NCBI RefSeq assembly: GCF_009914755.1
Contig: NC_060926.1
Length of the DNA: 64,000 nt
Direction: 5' to 3' (one strand)
Source: the human T2T-CHM13v2.0 reference genome, Homo sapiens
The notes beneath the pieces were generated by a model. The model had not been told where the DNA came from. It did no database searches and saw only the letters and a program-made list of their open reading frames with translations. Made by a program: the position numbers and the translations under genes. The number at the start of each line of letters is the position of its first letter. Within the stretch, counting starts at the first letter, position 1. Of the stretch, positions 16,120 through 33,696 are shown piece by piece.

Positions 16120-17080
16120 ATTGACTTGCCTTTATTGACAGAGTTCATTATTCCTTCCTCCTTCTAAACCTTCTTCATTTGGCCTCCAGAACCACCCTCT
16201 CTCCTGATTCCCCTTCTGCCTTCCTGGTTGGTCACCCTCATTCTTGAGTTTATCTTCATCCCTCCCACCTCTAATAGTTGGAGTGCCCTAGAGTTCAGTC
16301 TCTGGGTCTCTTCTCTTGTCTATCCATACTAATCTCCTTGCAGATTACATTGAGTTTCATGCCTTTAAACACAATCAATATGATTTTTTTAATTTCTGAA
16401 TGTATATCTCCAGCATGGATTTCTCCCCTAAATTGCAGCTTTAAGATCTGACAGTCCACTCAACATCTCTATTTATAAGTCTAATACACACCTCAAACTT
16501 AACTTGACCATATCAGAACTTCTGATCTTCTCCCCCTAAAATTATTCCTCCTAAAGTCACCCTCATCTCAGTTCAGGACAACTTTATCCTTCCCATTGTT
16601 CAGACTAGGTCATCTTTGACTCTCTCTCTCTCTCATTCTCTCTCTCTCTTTCAATATCTATATATCTATCTCTCTTTCCCCTTATTATGTCAAGAAAATT
16701 TTTATCATTACCTTTAAAATGTATCCAGAATCTGTGATGTCTTGCCACTTTTTTCACTACTACACTGGTCTAAGCTATTGCCATCTTTTCCCTGGATCAT
16801 GTCAAAAGAGTTTCAACAGGTTTCCCTGGTTCTACCTTCAACCTCTCACAGTCTTTTCTTAACATATCAGCCAGGGTGATCCAGTTACACATAACTCAGA
16901 ATAAAATCACTCTTCTGCTCACACGACAGAGTAAATGCTAAAAACCTTCACCAGGTTATAAAACCCTACCTGATCTGGCCTACTGTTACCTACTCACCTC
17001 ATCTTCTTTTCTCCCTATGATTCACTGCTCTCCAATCACATTGGACCCTTGTCTATCCTTGAATATACCAAGCACCCTCT
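16120..17080 (+). mobile_element. L2 fragment
   Basis: CCACTCAACATCTC...CTCAAACTTAAC...GTCATCTTTGACTC...ATCCAGAATCTG L2 motifs. Confidence 0.7.
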
Positions 17081-19365
17081 TGTCTGGCTTAAGCCAAAGG
17101 AGAGTCCTATTAACCTAGCAGGAAGAGGTAGTCAGTCCCAGGCTAGCTCAGATCAATGATTTCAACAAGGATAGGGCTGATTTTCTCCTCCTAGTCTGCA
17201 ACTTCGGTGCCATGGCAACAATCTCCTCTTAGGATCACAAAAGAGCTATCACAGCTCTAAGCCTGATATCCTCCCATGACTGTTCAAAGAAGAAAGGAAG
17301 GTATTAGCAAAAGGACTCTGTTCTCAAGTGCCTGCGTGTTGTCAGCAAGGCAAAACTTTTCCAAAGAGCACCAGCAAAGCTCCCATTACATATCACAAGC
17401 CAGAACATACTCCCTGGCAAAGGAGAGTGTGATTGTCTTGATGGTCACCATTCCTCCCCTGGGGCTAGCCACACTTATGGCAGCAATGAAATAGACATCT
17501 GACAGCAAGGAGGAATGGGACAACCAGCACCCTACTAGACACCATTGACAGGCCACTAGATTGAGTAAGAGGAGCCCCAAACTCCATACCTGCTCTGCCC
17601 TTGTGATGTTTATATGTAATACCCCTGCACTAAAACAGTTCCTTCATCTGCAAAATGAGGAGGTTGGGCTAGACATTGCCTTCCAGCTTGAATGTTCTCT
17701 TATTCTGTGACTTCCATGTGGTGTTGTAAAGGTCTGAGTCTTCCTATGTGCCATTCCTCATGTATGTAAACATCTCCTAAAATGATGGGAACTCTAGGAT
17801 GTCTTTGATCATCTATTTTAAAAAGAGAAGAGAAATTTTAACAAGAACATTTTGTACTGCTCATTCCCCACTGGTTCTTAAGAGTAAAGAACCTTTTTCT
17901 ACCATTACTGACATTTAAAGACAGCTATTCAGATTCAGTAATTAGAACTCAAAATCATTCAGCATAAAGCTATAGCTTCCCAACAGTTGTTCCACTGTGG
18001 AAGTGTGAATGACTAACTCTTATCTGTGTTGCTAACAGTAATTCCTAATCATTATATTATTACTCAGTTTTAAAGCAAGAGAATGAAAACAATGCTGCCT
18101 TTGGCATCAGGACTTCTGTCATTACTGGAACACAAAATTGATATCATGTGTTCATATTAGTAAGCTTAGGCCCTGTTCTTCAGAGGTCGTTGCTGTGAGA
18201 AGCTGAAAAACAAATTGTGAGCTCCAAAATATCTGTCGAATGCAAAAGGAACATTGTTCTACCTGTGGAAGATAAGTACAAAAATATATGAAGAGGCCCA
18301 AACCATGTGTTTTTTCTCTTGGCATGTCCACTAACTGGCACAGTGCTTACCACATGTCAGTGCTCAAAATTTATGTATTGCATGAATAATGGAAGAATGA
18401 ATTAATGCTTTATTAGAAAGGCCCACATAGATGTATCTTGGAATCTGCACAGACCAACCATCCTGCTTCCTCCCTCCCTCTGCCTGTGGCAATGACTCAC
18501 TTTGACTATGATGGTCCATCCACCCATCTTCTTTGATTCTCATGTTCTGCAACAGTAATTGCAAAACTGCTCAAAGGTAGTAAAACACAATTCAGTCCTC
18601 TGCCTTTGCACACAAATATTCTTTCTCCTCACCTCCAAGCAGAAATGGAATAGGCATTGGATCAGGAAAGCATCCTCCCAGCACCTTAGTTTGCACAGGC
18701 TGTGTCAGCCCTACCCCAAGCCAGTGTCTGTTAGAGCCTGTGGTTCCACGTGTAATTGGGCATATGTGATACACACACTGTAAGCATTTGCCTAGAAGCA
18801 TAACATTAAGCATGCTGCTGCCTTGTAATACTTCTCAAAAACACAATTTAGCGGAAAAAAATTATTTTCAAAGGTGCATGAAATCTATCCTTTTCATCCT
18901 CCCATTTAGATACTCTAAAGTTCACTCCTGAATTAAGCTAGACCTACAGAAATTCGTGAAGTAAAACAGTCTTTTGACCTTTTCTCTCTTCTTCACTCTT
19001 CCTGTTGAAAGATTTTCACTGGCATGGGCTATGATGTGATGTTATCAGCCTGCATTGGGAAACACAAAAGAAACACCAATGTAACCCCAGGTGTCTGCAA
19101 TGAGAAGGTTGAAGGTGCTGTTACTTTACACAGTGGGCTCATTCATGAGAGTCCCGAAAAGAATGTTGTTCCTGCCACAGTATCAAAATGAATTGTGCAT
19201 CTCCTTAAAATGGGCTTGTTTTTAATCTCTTGAACCCTAAATAGTACAACCAAACAAATGTCTCTTTTCATTTAGTTTCTAGAATACTTACAGAACAATT
19301 TGAGGCCCACCTGTTAAAAAGAATGACAGGCTGTATGCATGGTCTGCATTGCTGTTTTGGCTTCA

Positions 19366-20078
<713 letters not shown>

Positions 20079-21339
20079 TTATGTTGATTTGAAAAACTGA
20101 ATGCATCCTTAGAAGTGCTTTAAAGCTTTTCTGAACAAGGGAGGGCACAAACTTTTTTAGGCAAATTAATATGAAAGTCAATCTTACCAAACTTTCAAAG
20201 GCATTTTTTGGTTCTCCTCTCCAAAACCTTAGTGAGTAATGCCAATAATATGTTCTGAGAATTTTCCCCCCAAATAGCAAGTAACAAATACTTCATCCCA
20301 CAGTGGCTCAAAGATCTATGGGTGAGGCTTGTTGAACAACCATGCAGGACAGCTACTGGCAGGAAGAAACGTGGTGCCTGCTTATTGGCCTAGAACTGGA
20401 AGGATGCGCACCAAAGGCAAATATTGTGTATTTAACACTTTTACCAAAGACAAGCCCCAGCACAGTAATGAGTGTGAAAGGTGTGAAAAACTTCAAAAGT
20501 TTGACCACAGAAATGTTGGTGGCACAGAATGTCTTACCAGGCCCAGGCTAACTGCATGGGACACCCTTTACAATCCTGCAATTTGGAACAACTCTTTAGT
20601 CAACAACCTTGAGCCACCAGCTAGCTTGATTGGATCATGCACTTATCACCAGTACGGATTGGGAAGCCTTGAGTTTACCCAGAATGAAGAAAGCTTAAGG
20701 TTGAAAATGGAAGCTAAGAGTTGATTTCACATCAGCTGCTATAAAGACAAGCACAGCCTGTAAATTTTTTAAAGGCTAAAACTTTAAATTCTCTAGGCTG
20801 AATACTGGAGGGAGGGAGAGGATATGCAACAGATGTAATTCAATTCTTGTGTTATGTGTTACTAAAATGACATTGCCTGGTATTAAAAAGTTCTTATAAA
20901 ATAAAAACTAAAAAAATCCTCACAAACAGCATTGGAAATAAAATCCAAGTCTTGAAAAATTCAAATTGCACCTTCCATCCCAACCTCATTCCAAATCAAA
21001 ATATGTATCTCTTTTATTCATAAACTGATACATATACCTATGAATAAAAGCCCAAAGCTGGGCATATTGAAATGAGTTATCTAGCCTCCGAAAGCAAATA
21101 AGATCATTTCCTTTCACATCTCTTCCCTCTCAGCAATTATCTGGCTGAATTTTAACCTGACTCTGATCAGGAAGGGAACATCTATTTGCCCTGGCTGAAT
21201 ACTGCAGCAATCCATATGCATGTTTTCTTGCTGTCTAAAATCCTATCTCTGAATACGATTTCTTATTAATTTCCTCAAGCAGATTTCCACTATTAGATGT
21301 GCTGGCTGTGCATCACAAATGAGCTACGTTTTAGCGGTT

Positions 21340-21450
21340 GCTGGTCATTACGTAAGTAAAGAGGGGAACATCTTCTGTGTGACTCAATGATTTAATAATT
21401 ATTAATGAGACATTATGCTTTTGTACATTTCTGACAGATTATTAAGTGCA
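21340..21450. promoter_or_regulatory. Candidate enhancer motif cluster in unique sequence
   Basis: TTACGTAA 21348-21355, TGACTCA 21380-21386, TGATTTAAT 21388-21396, TGACAG 21432-21437, TAAGTG 21443-21448. Confidence 0.3.
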
Positions 21451-21834
21451 CTATAAATGTTTAACATCACTCTCTGAGGTCCGAAAATGTGATGCCAAAT
21501 GTGTCCTCCAGCTTCACACAATCAGAAAAGACAAATTAGATTACAGCAATATGGAAGCTTTATTGATTTTTTATAATATTTACAAACTGCAGGTAAAATG
21601 TAATATGAGAAAAAGCATGTGTGATGATGGCAGGTCCATTTACCTGAAAGTTTTTCCTCTATCATCATTTGGAAGCAGTTCATCTTGTAGGCAGTGGTGT
21701 TGGAACAACTCTTTAGTCCACTTCTTGGGCTGTGTTTCCTTCCAGCAAGCTCCAGAGGGCAGGAGGAGCCTCGTTCACAGCCTCAGACTTATGCTCCATT
21801 TTTTTTTTAATCCTTGGACACAGGAACTTTGGCC

Positions 21835-22006
21835 CAGAGGCTTGTTTGCATGTCAGAATCACCTAGAAAAAAAATATAAAATACAGTCTCTCAGGCTGCC
21901 CTCTAGCCCAACCAAACCAGAATCTCTTGAGGTGGTCACAAGGCACTGGTATTTTGTCTTTAACTCCAAAATACTTCTAAAATACAACCAGGGTTGAGAA
22001 CCTCTG
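21835..22006. mobile_element. MER5-type hAT MITE
   Basis: CAGAATCACCT...CCAGAATCTCT...CAGGGTTGAGAACCTCTG. Confidence 0.6.
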
Positions 22007-22021
22007 ATTTATACCATCTGC

Positions 22022-22529
22022 TGTGTGGGATTTAAAACATGGCCCCAAAATTCTTTGGCATGTCTGTCATTAGGAGGTAGGGTCGAGGGTCCCTCCCCTA
22101 GAATCAGGGCTCCTTGATGACTTGACCAATAGATAAAGGCAAAAGAAATGCTGTGCCAGTGTCCAGGCCCAGACCTCAACAACTGGCAGCTTTCACTTCC
22201 TTGCTGTTGAGACCTTACTCTTGGAAACTAGCTGCCATGCTGTGAGCGAGCCCAACAGCCTGTGGGGAGGCCCATATGGAGAGAAACTGAGGCCCTGCCA
22301 CACAGTCTGGCTCAGCTCCCAGACTTGCCACCCATGAGAATGAGCCACCTTGGAAGTAGATCCTCCAGCCCCCAATAAAGCTGACTCAGCCAGCATCTCA
22401 TAGAGCACAGACATGCTGTCTCTGCTAAGCTCCAGCCAGACTCAAGATTCATGAGCAAAATAAATAATCATTGTTATTTTAAGCCATTAAATTATGTGAT
22501 GGTTTGTTAGGCAATAAATAACTGGAACA
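22022..22529 (+). mobile_element. MLT1 (E/F-like) MaLR solo LTR
   Basis: TG...CA termini and perfect 5-bp TSD TCTGC (22017-22021 / 22530-22534). Confidence 0.85.
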
Positions 22530-23020
22530 TCTGCTCACCCAAATGGTGTCATGGAAAAGGATTTACTCTTTAAAAGCTGCATTATAAACATTTATGGGCT
22601 CGTTGCCTCACAAAATATAAACTTCCACCTTCCTTTTGGCCAAAATAATGAAATTCCTCTCCTTTCTTAACACATAATAGCTTCTCCATGAAGCCTTCCC
22701 TGTCTGTGTCAATTCTCTGCAATTTTTGTAATTGTATCAGGCCTTGTTTACAAAATTAATTATCCCCTTGGTCTCATAAAATTATAAACTCCAAATATCA
22801 AATACCAATTTTCATTTGGAAGATAGTCTGATGATAAGGTAATCACAGCTTTTGAAGAGCCAAATTCTGAAAGTGTATATAAAGGCTTGGATGGAATTGA
22901 TAAAAATCAAATGGAATAAGTAAGGAATGCAATGATGGGTAGAGAAATTACAGTGTGAGAGTCAGGGAAGCAGGGTTGTTTACATAATTTAGCTAAGTGT
23001 CAGCAGCAGGTCTTAGACTA

Positions 23021-23294
23021 TGTATTAGTATGGTCAGGCTGGTGAGGGCTCTCTTCCAAGCTTGTGGACGGCCACCTCCTCACTGTGTCCTCACGTGGCT
23101 TTTCTTCTGCGGGAGTGGGGGGGATCTCTGGTGTCTTCTTATAAAGACAACTGTCCTATTTGATTAGGCGCCCACCCTTATGACCTCATTTAACCTTAAT
23201 TACTTCCTTATAGGCCCTATTTCGAAATATAGTAACCTTAGGGGTTAGGGCTCCAACATGTGAATTTTGGAGGGACACAATTCAGTCCATAACA
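23021..23294 (-). mobile_element. MLT1A-like LTR with internal deletion
   Basis: TGTATTAGT...GGGACACAATTCAGTCCATAACA; TSD GACTA/GAATA. Confidence 0.8.
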
Positions 23295-23564
23295 GAATAG
23301 GAAATCCTTGGAATGAGTAGAAAAGTTTTAGACAGAATTACATCTTTCCATCTTTCTTACATGACCCAGAAGGGGTAGCCATTTTGTCATTATTGTTGAT
23401 AGTGGCGATAACAATGATAACCACTCACCGATCAAATACCAAGTGCCTGATACTTCACATTATTGCATTTGTTCCTCACAACAACTCTGCAAAATACTGT
23501 AGGTTATATTATCCCCATTCTTTTTTTTTTTTTTGTCAGTATTGGTATGGGCAGCATTTTTCCT

Positions 23565-23860
23565 CTAATTTTAGATTCAGGGGTACATGTACAGATTTGT
23601 TACATGGGTATATTGCATAATTTTGGGGTTTGGGCTGCTACTGAACCCATCACCCAAATAGTGAACATAGTACCCAAAAGATAGTGAACATAGTGAAGAT
23701 AGTACCCACAATAGGCAGCCCTCCTGCCTCTCTCATCACTTTTGGAGTCCCCAGTGTCTACTGTTTCCATCTTTATGTCCATGTGTACCCATTGTTTAGC
23801 TCCCACTTATAAGTGAGAACATGAGGTATTTGATTTTCTGTTTCTGCACTAATTCACTTA
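23565..23860 (-). mobile_element. Old L1PA (PA15-16-like) 3' end
   Basis: TTTTAGATTCAGGGGTACATGT...TTTAGCTCCCACTTATAAGTGAGAACATG, with an internal ATAGTGAACATAGT duplication. Confidence 0.8.
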
Positions 23861-24055
23861 CATTATCTCCACTCCTCACAGCTGAGGAAGCTGAGCACAG
23901 GACAATTCAGTAGCTTGTCTATGATCTAATAGCAAACATCAGAACAGGATCTAAATACAGATCTGTGGCTTTCAAAGGCTCTATTTACAATGCTAAAACA
24001 AACCACCTAGTTCCAGTTTTCATTCATTTCTCTCCTCACTTCAAAAATTACTGAG

Positions 24056-24556
24056 ATAGCAAAGACTGGAAACCAACCTAAATGCCCATCAGTGATAGAC
24101 TGGATAAAGAAAATGTGGCACATATAAACCATGGAATACTATGCAGCCATAAAAAAATAATGAGTTTATGTCCTTTGCAGGGACATGGATGAAGCTGGAA
24201 GCCGTCATTCTCAGCAAACTAACACAGGAACAGAAAACCAAATACCATATTTTCTCACTCATAAATGGGAGTTGAACAGTGAGAACACATGGACACAGGG
24301 AGGGGAACAACACACACCAGGGCCTCTCAGGGTTGAGGGTCAAAGGGAGGGAGAGCATCAGGACAAATACCTGATGCATTCAGGGCTTAAAACCTAGATG
24401 ACAAGTTGATAGGTGCAGCAAACTACCATGGCACATGTATACCTATGTAACAAACCTGCACATTCTGCACATGTATCCCAGAACTTAAAGTAAAAAAAAA
24501 AAGAAAAAAAAGAACTGTACAAAATACAACATTAAAATTCTAAAGTGAAAAAAAAA
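24056..24556 (+). mobile_element. 5'-truncated L1PA (PA10-like) with possible short 3' transduction
   Basis: ORF2 C-terminus and 3'UTR, A-tail at 24492-24511, second A-tract at 24548-24556. Confidence 0.85.
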
Positions 24557-24625
24557 GTATTCAGTACCCACTATGATTCAGGCCCTAGAATCGTAGGGCC
24601 TAGGGATGCAAAGTCACATGGCCCT

Positions 24626-25049
24626 TGTCAAAGAAAATATTATCTAACACTTTTTTATTCTGACACTTGTTAAAGACGTCAAGAAAGACTATTCAAGGGA
24701 CTACTGCAATGAGTTATGCAGTAAGGGAGAGGGACCAGACTCAACTGTGAATATAACATGCGTAAGTGAGGATTTATAGCCAAGAAGCAGGGTGGGTGTC
24801 ATTAGATGGAAAATTAATAAGAAGGAACATCAAGGTTGGGGGATTCTTGCTAGACCAACTCAACAGGATAATGGCCAAAGACAAGCTAGGATGATAAGAT
24901 ACTGGCGGTGGGAGATTTTTGCTGAACTGAGCCGTTAAGATTCTTGTTAATTGGACTAAGCAGACTAAGGGTAGAGCCAAAGATCTAGCCAAGTCAAGAA
25001 GACTCAGAGAAATTGGATTCAAGTTTGTTCAAGGAGAGAGTCTTTGTCA
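24626..25049 (-). mobile_element. ERV1 solo LTR, MER31-like
   Basis: Minus strand starts TGACAAAGACTCTCTCCTTGAACAAACTT and ends TTTGACA; 4-bp TSD CCCT/CCAT. Confidence 0.7.
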
Positions 25050-25829
25050 CCATGTCCACAAGAAGCTTATAGTCCAACGAGAGAGAGATGTCACCCAGGA
25101 ATTGCAGTGCAGGGGGATATATTTGTGAATTTCTTACCATACAAATAACTAGGTTCTCTCCAGTTCTCAGAAATAAGTCTTTGTGCATGTCACCTCGTTT
25201 TGAAAGTGGCAGAGAAAAGTTGCTATGGGTACCACTGTTGAAGCCAAGCCAGGGATGCCATGGTAGTGAAGTAATGCTTCAGAGAGTACTGGGAATGCTT
25301 GGAAATTATCCAACCGTATATTAGGCTCTGCTTCTTTTTGGCACTAAATAACTTCAAAAAAGCAAATGCATCCTGGCTCACCCTAGTCAAGCAGGTTATC
25401 CCTAGAGGCCTCCTGTATGGGTTTCCTCAAAGCAAATCAAACACTCATTCTTTCACGAGACACCCTGTGCTTTCCTTTTCATTTATTTCCTTGGTGCCAT
25501 TAACCAAATTCCTGATTGTGTTCAGCCAACCCTAAAACACAGAATGTTACTGAACCCACATTGCTTCTTGCTTCAATTTTTACTTTAAAAGCTAGAATCC
25601 TTTGAAGTGAAAAAAACAATCTACCTCTAAACTGATTGGGAAACTTCAAGAACTCCAGAAGAACGTATGGCCACAGTTTATCCCAGATCCCATTGCAGAC
25701 CTGAAGTTTCTGCTGAATTGACTGGAAATGGCTCAGATTGATTTGAAAATTGCTCCTAGAGAATGGAAAGAATGATTTAAGCATTGCCCAGTGTTTAAAC
25801 AGAACTTAAAAGGTTTTAAAACAAACTAC

Positions 25830-26720
25830 TCTAGAACTATCATTTAGCCCAGCAATCCCATTACTGGGTATATATCCAAAAGAAAACAAACCGTTCTACC
25901 AAAAAGACATTTGCACTCACGTGTCATTGCAGCACTAGTCACAACAGCAAAGACGTGGAATCAACCTAGGTGCCCATCAATGATGGATTGGATTTTTTAG
26001 AATGTGGTACATATACATCATGGAACACTACACAGATATATATATAAAAAAAAAAGTCCTTTCCAGCAACATGGATGCAGCTGGAAGCTATTATCCTAAA
26101 CAAATTAACACAAGATCAGAAAATTAAATACCACATGTTCTCACTTAGAAGTGGGAGCTAAACATTGAGTATTCATAAACACAATAATGGCAAAAAATAG
26201 GCTGGGCATGGTGGTTAATGCCTATAATCCCAGCACTTTAGGAGGCCAAGGCAGGCAGATCACTTGAAGCCAGGAGTTCAAGACCAGCGTGGCCAACATG
26301 GCAAAAATCTCTACTAAAAATACAAAAATTAACCAGGCATGGTGGCACATGACTGTAATCCCAGCTACTCTGGCGGCTGAGGCACGAGAATTGCTTGAAC
26401 CCTGGAGACGGAGGTTGCAGCAGGCCAAGATCACACCACTGCACTCCAGCCTGGGTGTCCAGTGTGGGTGACAGAGCGAGGCTCTGCCTCGAAATTAAAA
26501 AAAAAAAAAAATTGAAAAATGACAAAAGTAGACACTGGGAACTATTAGAGGGTGAAGGGAGGGAAGGAGGTAAGGGTTGAAAAAATAACAGTTGGGTACT
26601 ATGCTCAGTACCTGAGTGATGGGATCATTCTTACCCTTAACCCTAGCATCATGCAATATACACATGTAACAAACATGTACTTGAAACCCCTGAATCTAAA
26701 ACAAAAGTCAAAAAAAACCT
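25830..26720 (+). mobile_element. Old L1PA/L1PB 3' end interrupted by an Alu
   Basis: CCCAGCAATCCCATTACTGGGTATAT...CATGTAACAAACATGTAC continuing across the Alu. Confidence 0.85.
26200..26511 (+). mobile_element. Alu (S/J)
   Basis: Dimer with A-tail and a small tandem duplication TCCAGCCTGGGTG/TCCAGTGTGGGTG in the right arm. Confidence 0.95.
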
Positions 26721-27251
26721 GTCCTATCCAACAGGAATAAAATAAAAGGTAAAACCATAAGTATGTCTTAAAAATATTAACACCGTTTTGTCAGGAGGCT
26801 GCTGACATCCTGAGAGAGGGTGCTTCAGCAGGTCCCTTGTTGTTCATGCCTTAACCTCTCTCTCGAATCTCATCCACCCCAGAGTCCTCACCACCACCTC
26901 CAACCTGGTGCCCCCACTGCCAAGCAGCTAGGGCACAGAAACTATGTCATATATACTTTTTTATTTTTAATACTGAGTCTACTTTTTGCCTCATGCTTTC
27001 CAAAACATACCGCTGTTGGAAGCAATTGAATCTACCACAGAAAAACAAAGAAATTGTAATAATTTGTCCTGAAGATTTTCAGAAAAGAATACATAACACT
27101 AGTATAATTACAGAGTCTTTAGCTCAGGGGGTTATGTTTTTATTACAGAGTTATAGACCTGCCTTTTCTTTTATTCCTGTTGGTTAGAACAGTTTATTTT
27201 AAGTTCTGTTTAGGCATCGTAAAATTTATGTACCGACAAACGTGTATTTTT

Positions 27252-30995
<3,744 letters not shown>

Positions 30996-31694
30996 CAAAC
31001 TTGTATTTTTAAACTCCAAGCTATTTACAGAAGACAGTTTACATCCAGAGCAGCCCAATGGTGTATGTCCTAGTTGATAAAGGAATTCAGTATCTGGAGA
31101 TGTCAGGCAAAGTTCCAGTGAGGAAGGAGCACTAAGTGACTTTAAAAAGATAAAGAAGAAGAAGAAGAAGGGGGAAAGGGAAGAAAACCTCCCTCGTTCC
31201 TGAGGAAGCAGGACATAAAAACCACTGTGGGGTCACCCTGGTAAAGAGGGTACAAATGAATGAAATCCCTTTCTTTCCATGGATAAGTCAATAATGTGGT
31301 GGGTTTTCTTTCCAGGATAGAGGACAGAGAAGAAACCAAAGAGTTATGTAGTCAAGTTGTTGAATACTTTTAGCTGAGTAATATTGCCAGTGAGGGTTAC
31401 AAACATGCTTTGATTTTCTCACAGACATTAAAAAACCATATTTAATCTAGCTTGGCTGCAGTAGAGTGGAGTAGATAGAAAAGGGGCACAAGTTTAGTGA
31501 CCTCGCACCTGGCCATGTCCTAGAAAAGTGGTCAGATGGATAATGTACAGAGTAAAGCTCACTGGGTATAATACACAGATGCAGGCAGGAGACCAGCAAC
31601 ATGTACCTGAGAGGCAAATTTGACCCTTGGTCAGCCAAATTAAGACTTCTAGACCCAGAAGTTCTAGGGTGGTGGACATAATGGACTTGCATGG

Positions 31695-32166
31695 TGTGAT
31701 GCTTAATTTTATGTGTTAACTTGACTGAGCCACAGAATGCCTAGATATTTGATGAAACATCATTTGAGCATGCCTGTGGGACTGTTTCTGGGTGAGATTA
31801 ATGTTTGAATTGGTAGACTTAGTAAAGCAGATTACCCTACCTAATGTAGGTGAGCATTATCCAATCCCTTGAAGGCCTGAATAGAACAAAAAGAATAAAT
31901 AAGAAAGAATTCTCTCTCTCTCCATCTGACTATCTTCAAACTGGGACATCAATCATTTTCTGTCTTCATACTCAAACTTAGATTGGAAATTACACCATCT
32001 ACTCTCCTGGGACTTCAGCTGACTGACATCAGATCTTGGGACTTCTCAGTCTTCAAACCATGTGAGCCAATTCCATACATACAAACATACACACACACAC
32101 ACACACACAGACACACACACACACACACACACCCTGTTGGTTTCTCTGGAGAAGCCTGACTAATAT
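31695..32166 (+). mobile_element. MLT2 (ERVL) solo LTR with (CA)n at 32088-32131
   Basis: TGTGATGCTTAATTTTATGTGTTAACTTGACTG...TTTCTCTGGAGAAGCCTGACTAAT. Confidence 0.85.
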
Positions 32167-32199
32167 GCACAATGACCCTTGAGTGCATAAATCAGGTCC

Positions 32200-32420
32200 C
32201 ACCAAGACAAACAAGTCAAGAGAGAGACAGATACAGACAAAGTAAACAAACAGAAATAGAGCAGACATACAGATACAGAGCAGCAAGACACACAGAGACA
32301 GAAAGGAACAGAACAGACAAAATCAAAGACAAACAGGCAAGACATCAAGAGAGCAGACAGACACAGAGACGTATACATAAACAGAAACAAAAACATAGAC
32401 AAAGATAGAAAATGAGAAAA
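32200..32420 (+). repeat. Degenerate (GACA/GAAA)n low-complexity tract
   Basis: Almost T-free A/G/C tract seen directly. Confidence 0.75.
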
Positions 32421-33039
32421 AATACAGTATTTCATGGTGTTCTCTGTGATTTCCTCATAGAGCTTTATTTCAGTGTTTCAGAAAGCACATCTAAGGAGAA
32501 GACAAGCCACATATATTTTAATCACACCTCTACCCTGTCTGAATCTTCTGTCAAATGTACCTGTCAGCGACTTACCTGAGCCGACTGCACAGTACCCAGG
32601 AAGAAATGATGAGCTCGGATATCTCACAGATACTCAGATACTAACCTGAAACTGCAAGAGAAGACTGAGACCTGGTCTCACCTTTGCAGATAACACTGTG
32701 TAAAGACAGCACACTGTAGACTGGGCATCTAAACAAGCTGCCAACTAGAGTCACCTGGGGAGCTGGCCCATGCCAGACCAATTAAATCAGAATCTCCAGG
32801 GCTGGGGCATTGGCATGTTTTTAAAGTACCTCAGGGAACCCAGGAAGCAAAAGTAGTTCTGCCATTTAAGGCCATATTCCTAGTTTGCATAGTTTAAACT
32901 TGAGTGAGAGCAACACAAGTGGCCAGATTTGCTGACATTTTTTTACCTGGGCACAGGACAGTTACCACTTGAAACCCATGAGGTCTACTTTCCATGCCAC
33001 TTCCAAACCCCAAAAAGCATGGAATAATCACAAAAGCAT

Positions 33040-33230
33040 GTTGTCACTGGGTAACCAGGCTAAATGCTCTACATATATCACCTCATTTAATCTTCACAGC
33101 ATCTTGTGATGTAGAGATTATCTCCATTTTCCAGGTAACAAAATTGAAATCAGTGAGACGAAATCGTTTACCAAGGTTAAATAGGTAGGACGCAGCTAAG
33201 GCAGGATTTGCAACCAGATCTTCTGCTCTG
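33040..33230 (-). mobile_element. MIR
   Basis: CTCATTTAATCTTCACAGC...ATTATCTCCATTTTCCAG MIR core. Confidence 0.65.
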
Positions 33231-33677
33231 CTGCATGGAAAACACACTGAGAGGAGACTCTTCGGTTTAGTCCTCTCATGCTTTGTGATGTCTCCTGCAC
33301 AGATGGTGCTGACAATGAAAACCAGCATTGCCTTCTGCCAGAGCACAGGGCCACACACAGGAGGCACCTGGGACTTCTGTCTCAGTGACTTTATTCTGAC
33401 CTCGCCAACTGTACAATACACTGTCACTTAGCTTAGCCTTGTCTGAGAGAAGACACAATTAGAGCAAGAGCCCACCAAGAGTAAGAGAGGGTGTAGGAGC
33501 TTAAGCTTCTTCATTGACTTTAATTAAGCTCACCAGAGAAGTAGATCGCAAGGGATCCCACAGAACTTTTTTTTAAAGTTTTATTTATATTATTCTTAAT
33601 TCCAATTTAATGGAAAAAAAAATGTTTCCATTCAAACCTCTTCCACCAGTGTAGGGTTTTCTCTATCTATTAAGAAA

Positions 33678-33696
33678 CAGTGCCATCTACTGACTC
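33678..33696 (-). promoter_or_regulatory. Candidate CTCF motif
   Basis: Minus strand reads GAGTCAGTAGATGGCACTG, matching the CCASYAGRKGGCRC core except at its first base. Confidence 0.45.

Noticed and set aside
21446-21997. 183-aa ORF, and the 131-aa ORF at 20329-20724
   Set aside because: Non-ATG starts, no recognisable domain, and the first runs into a MER5 element.
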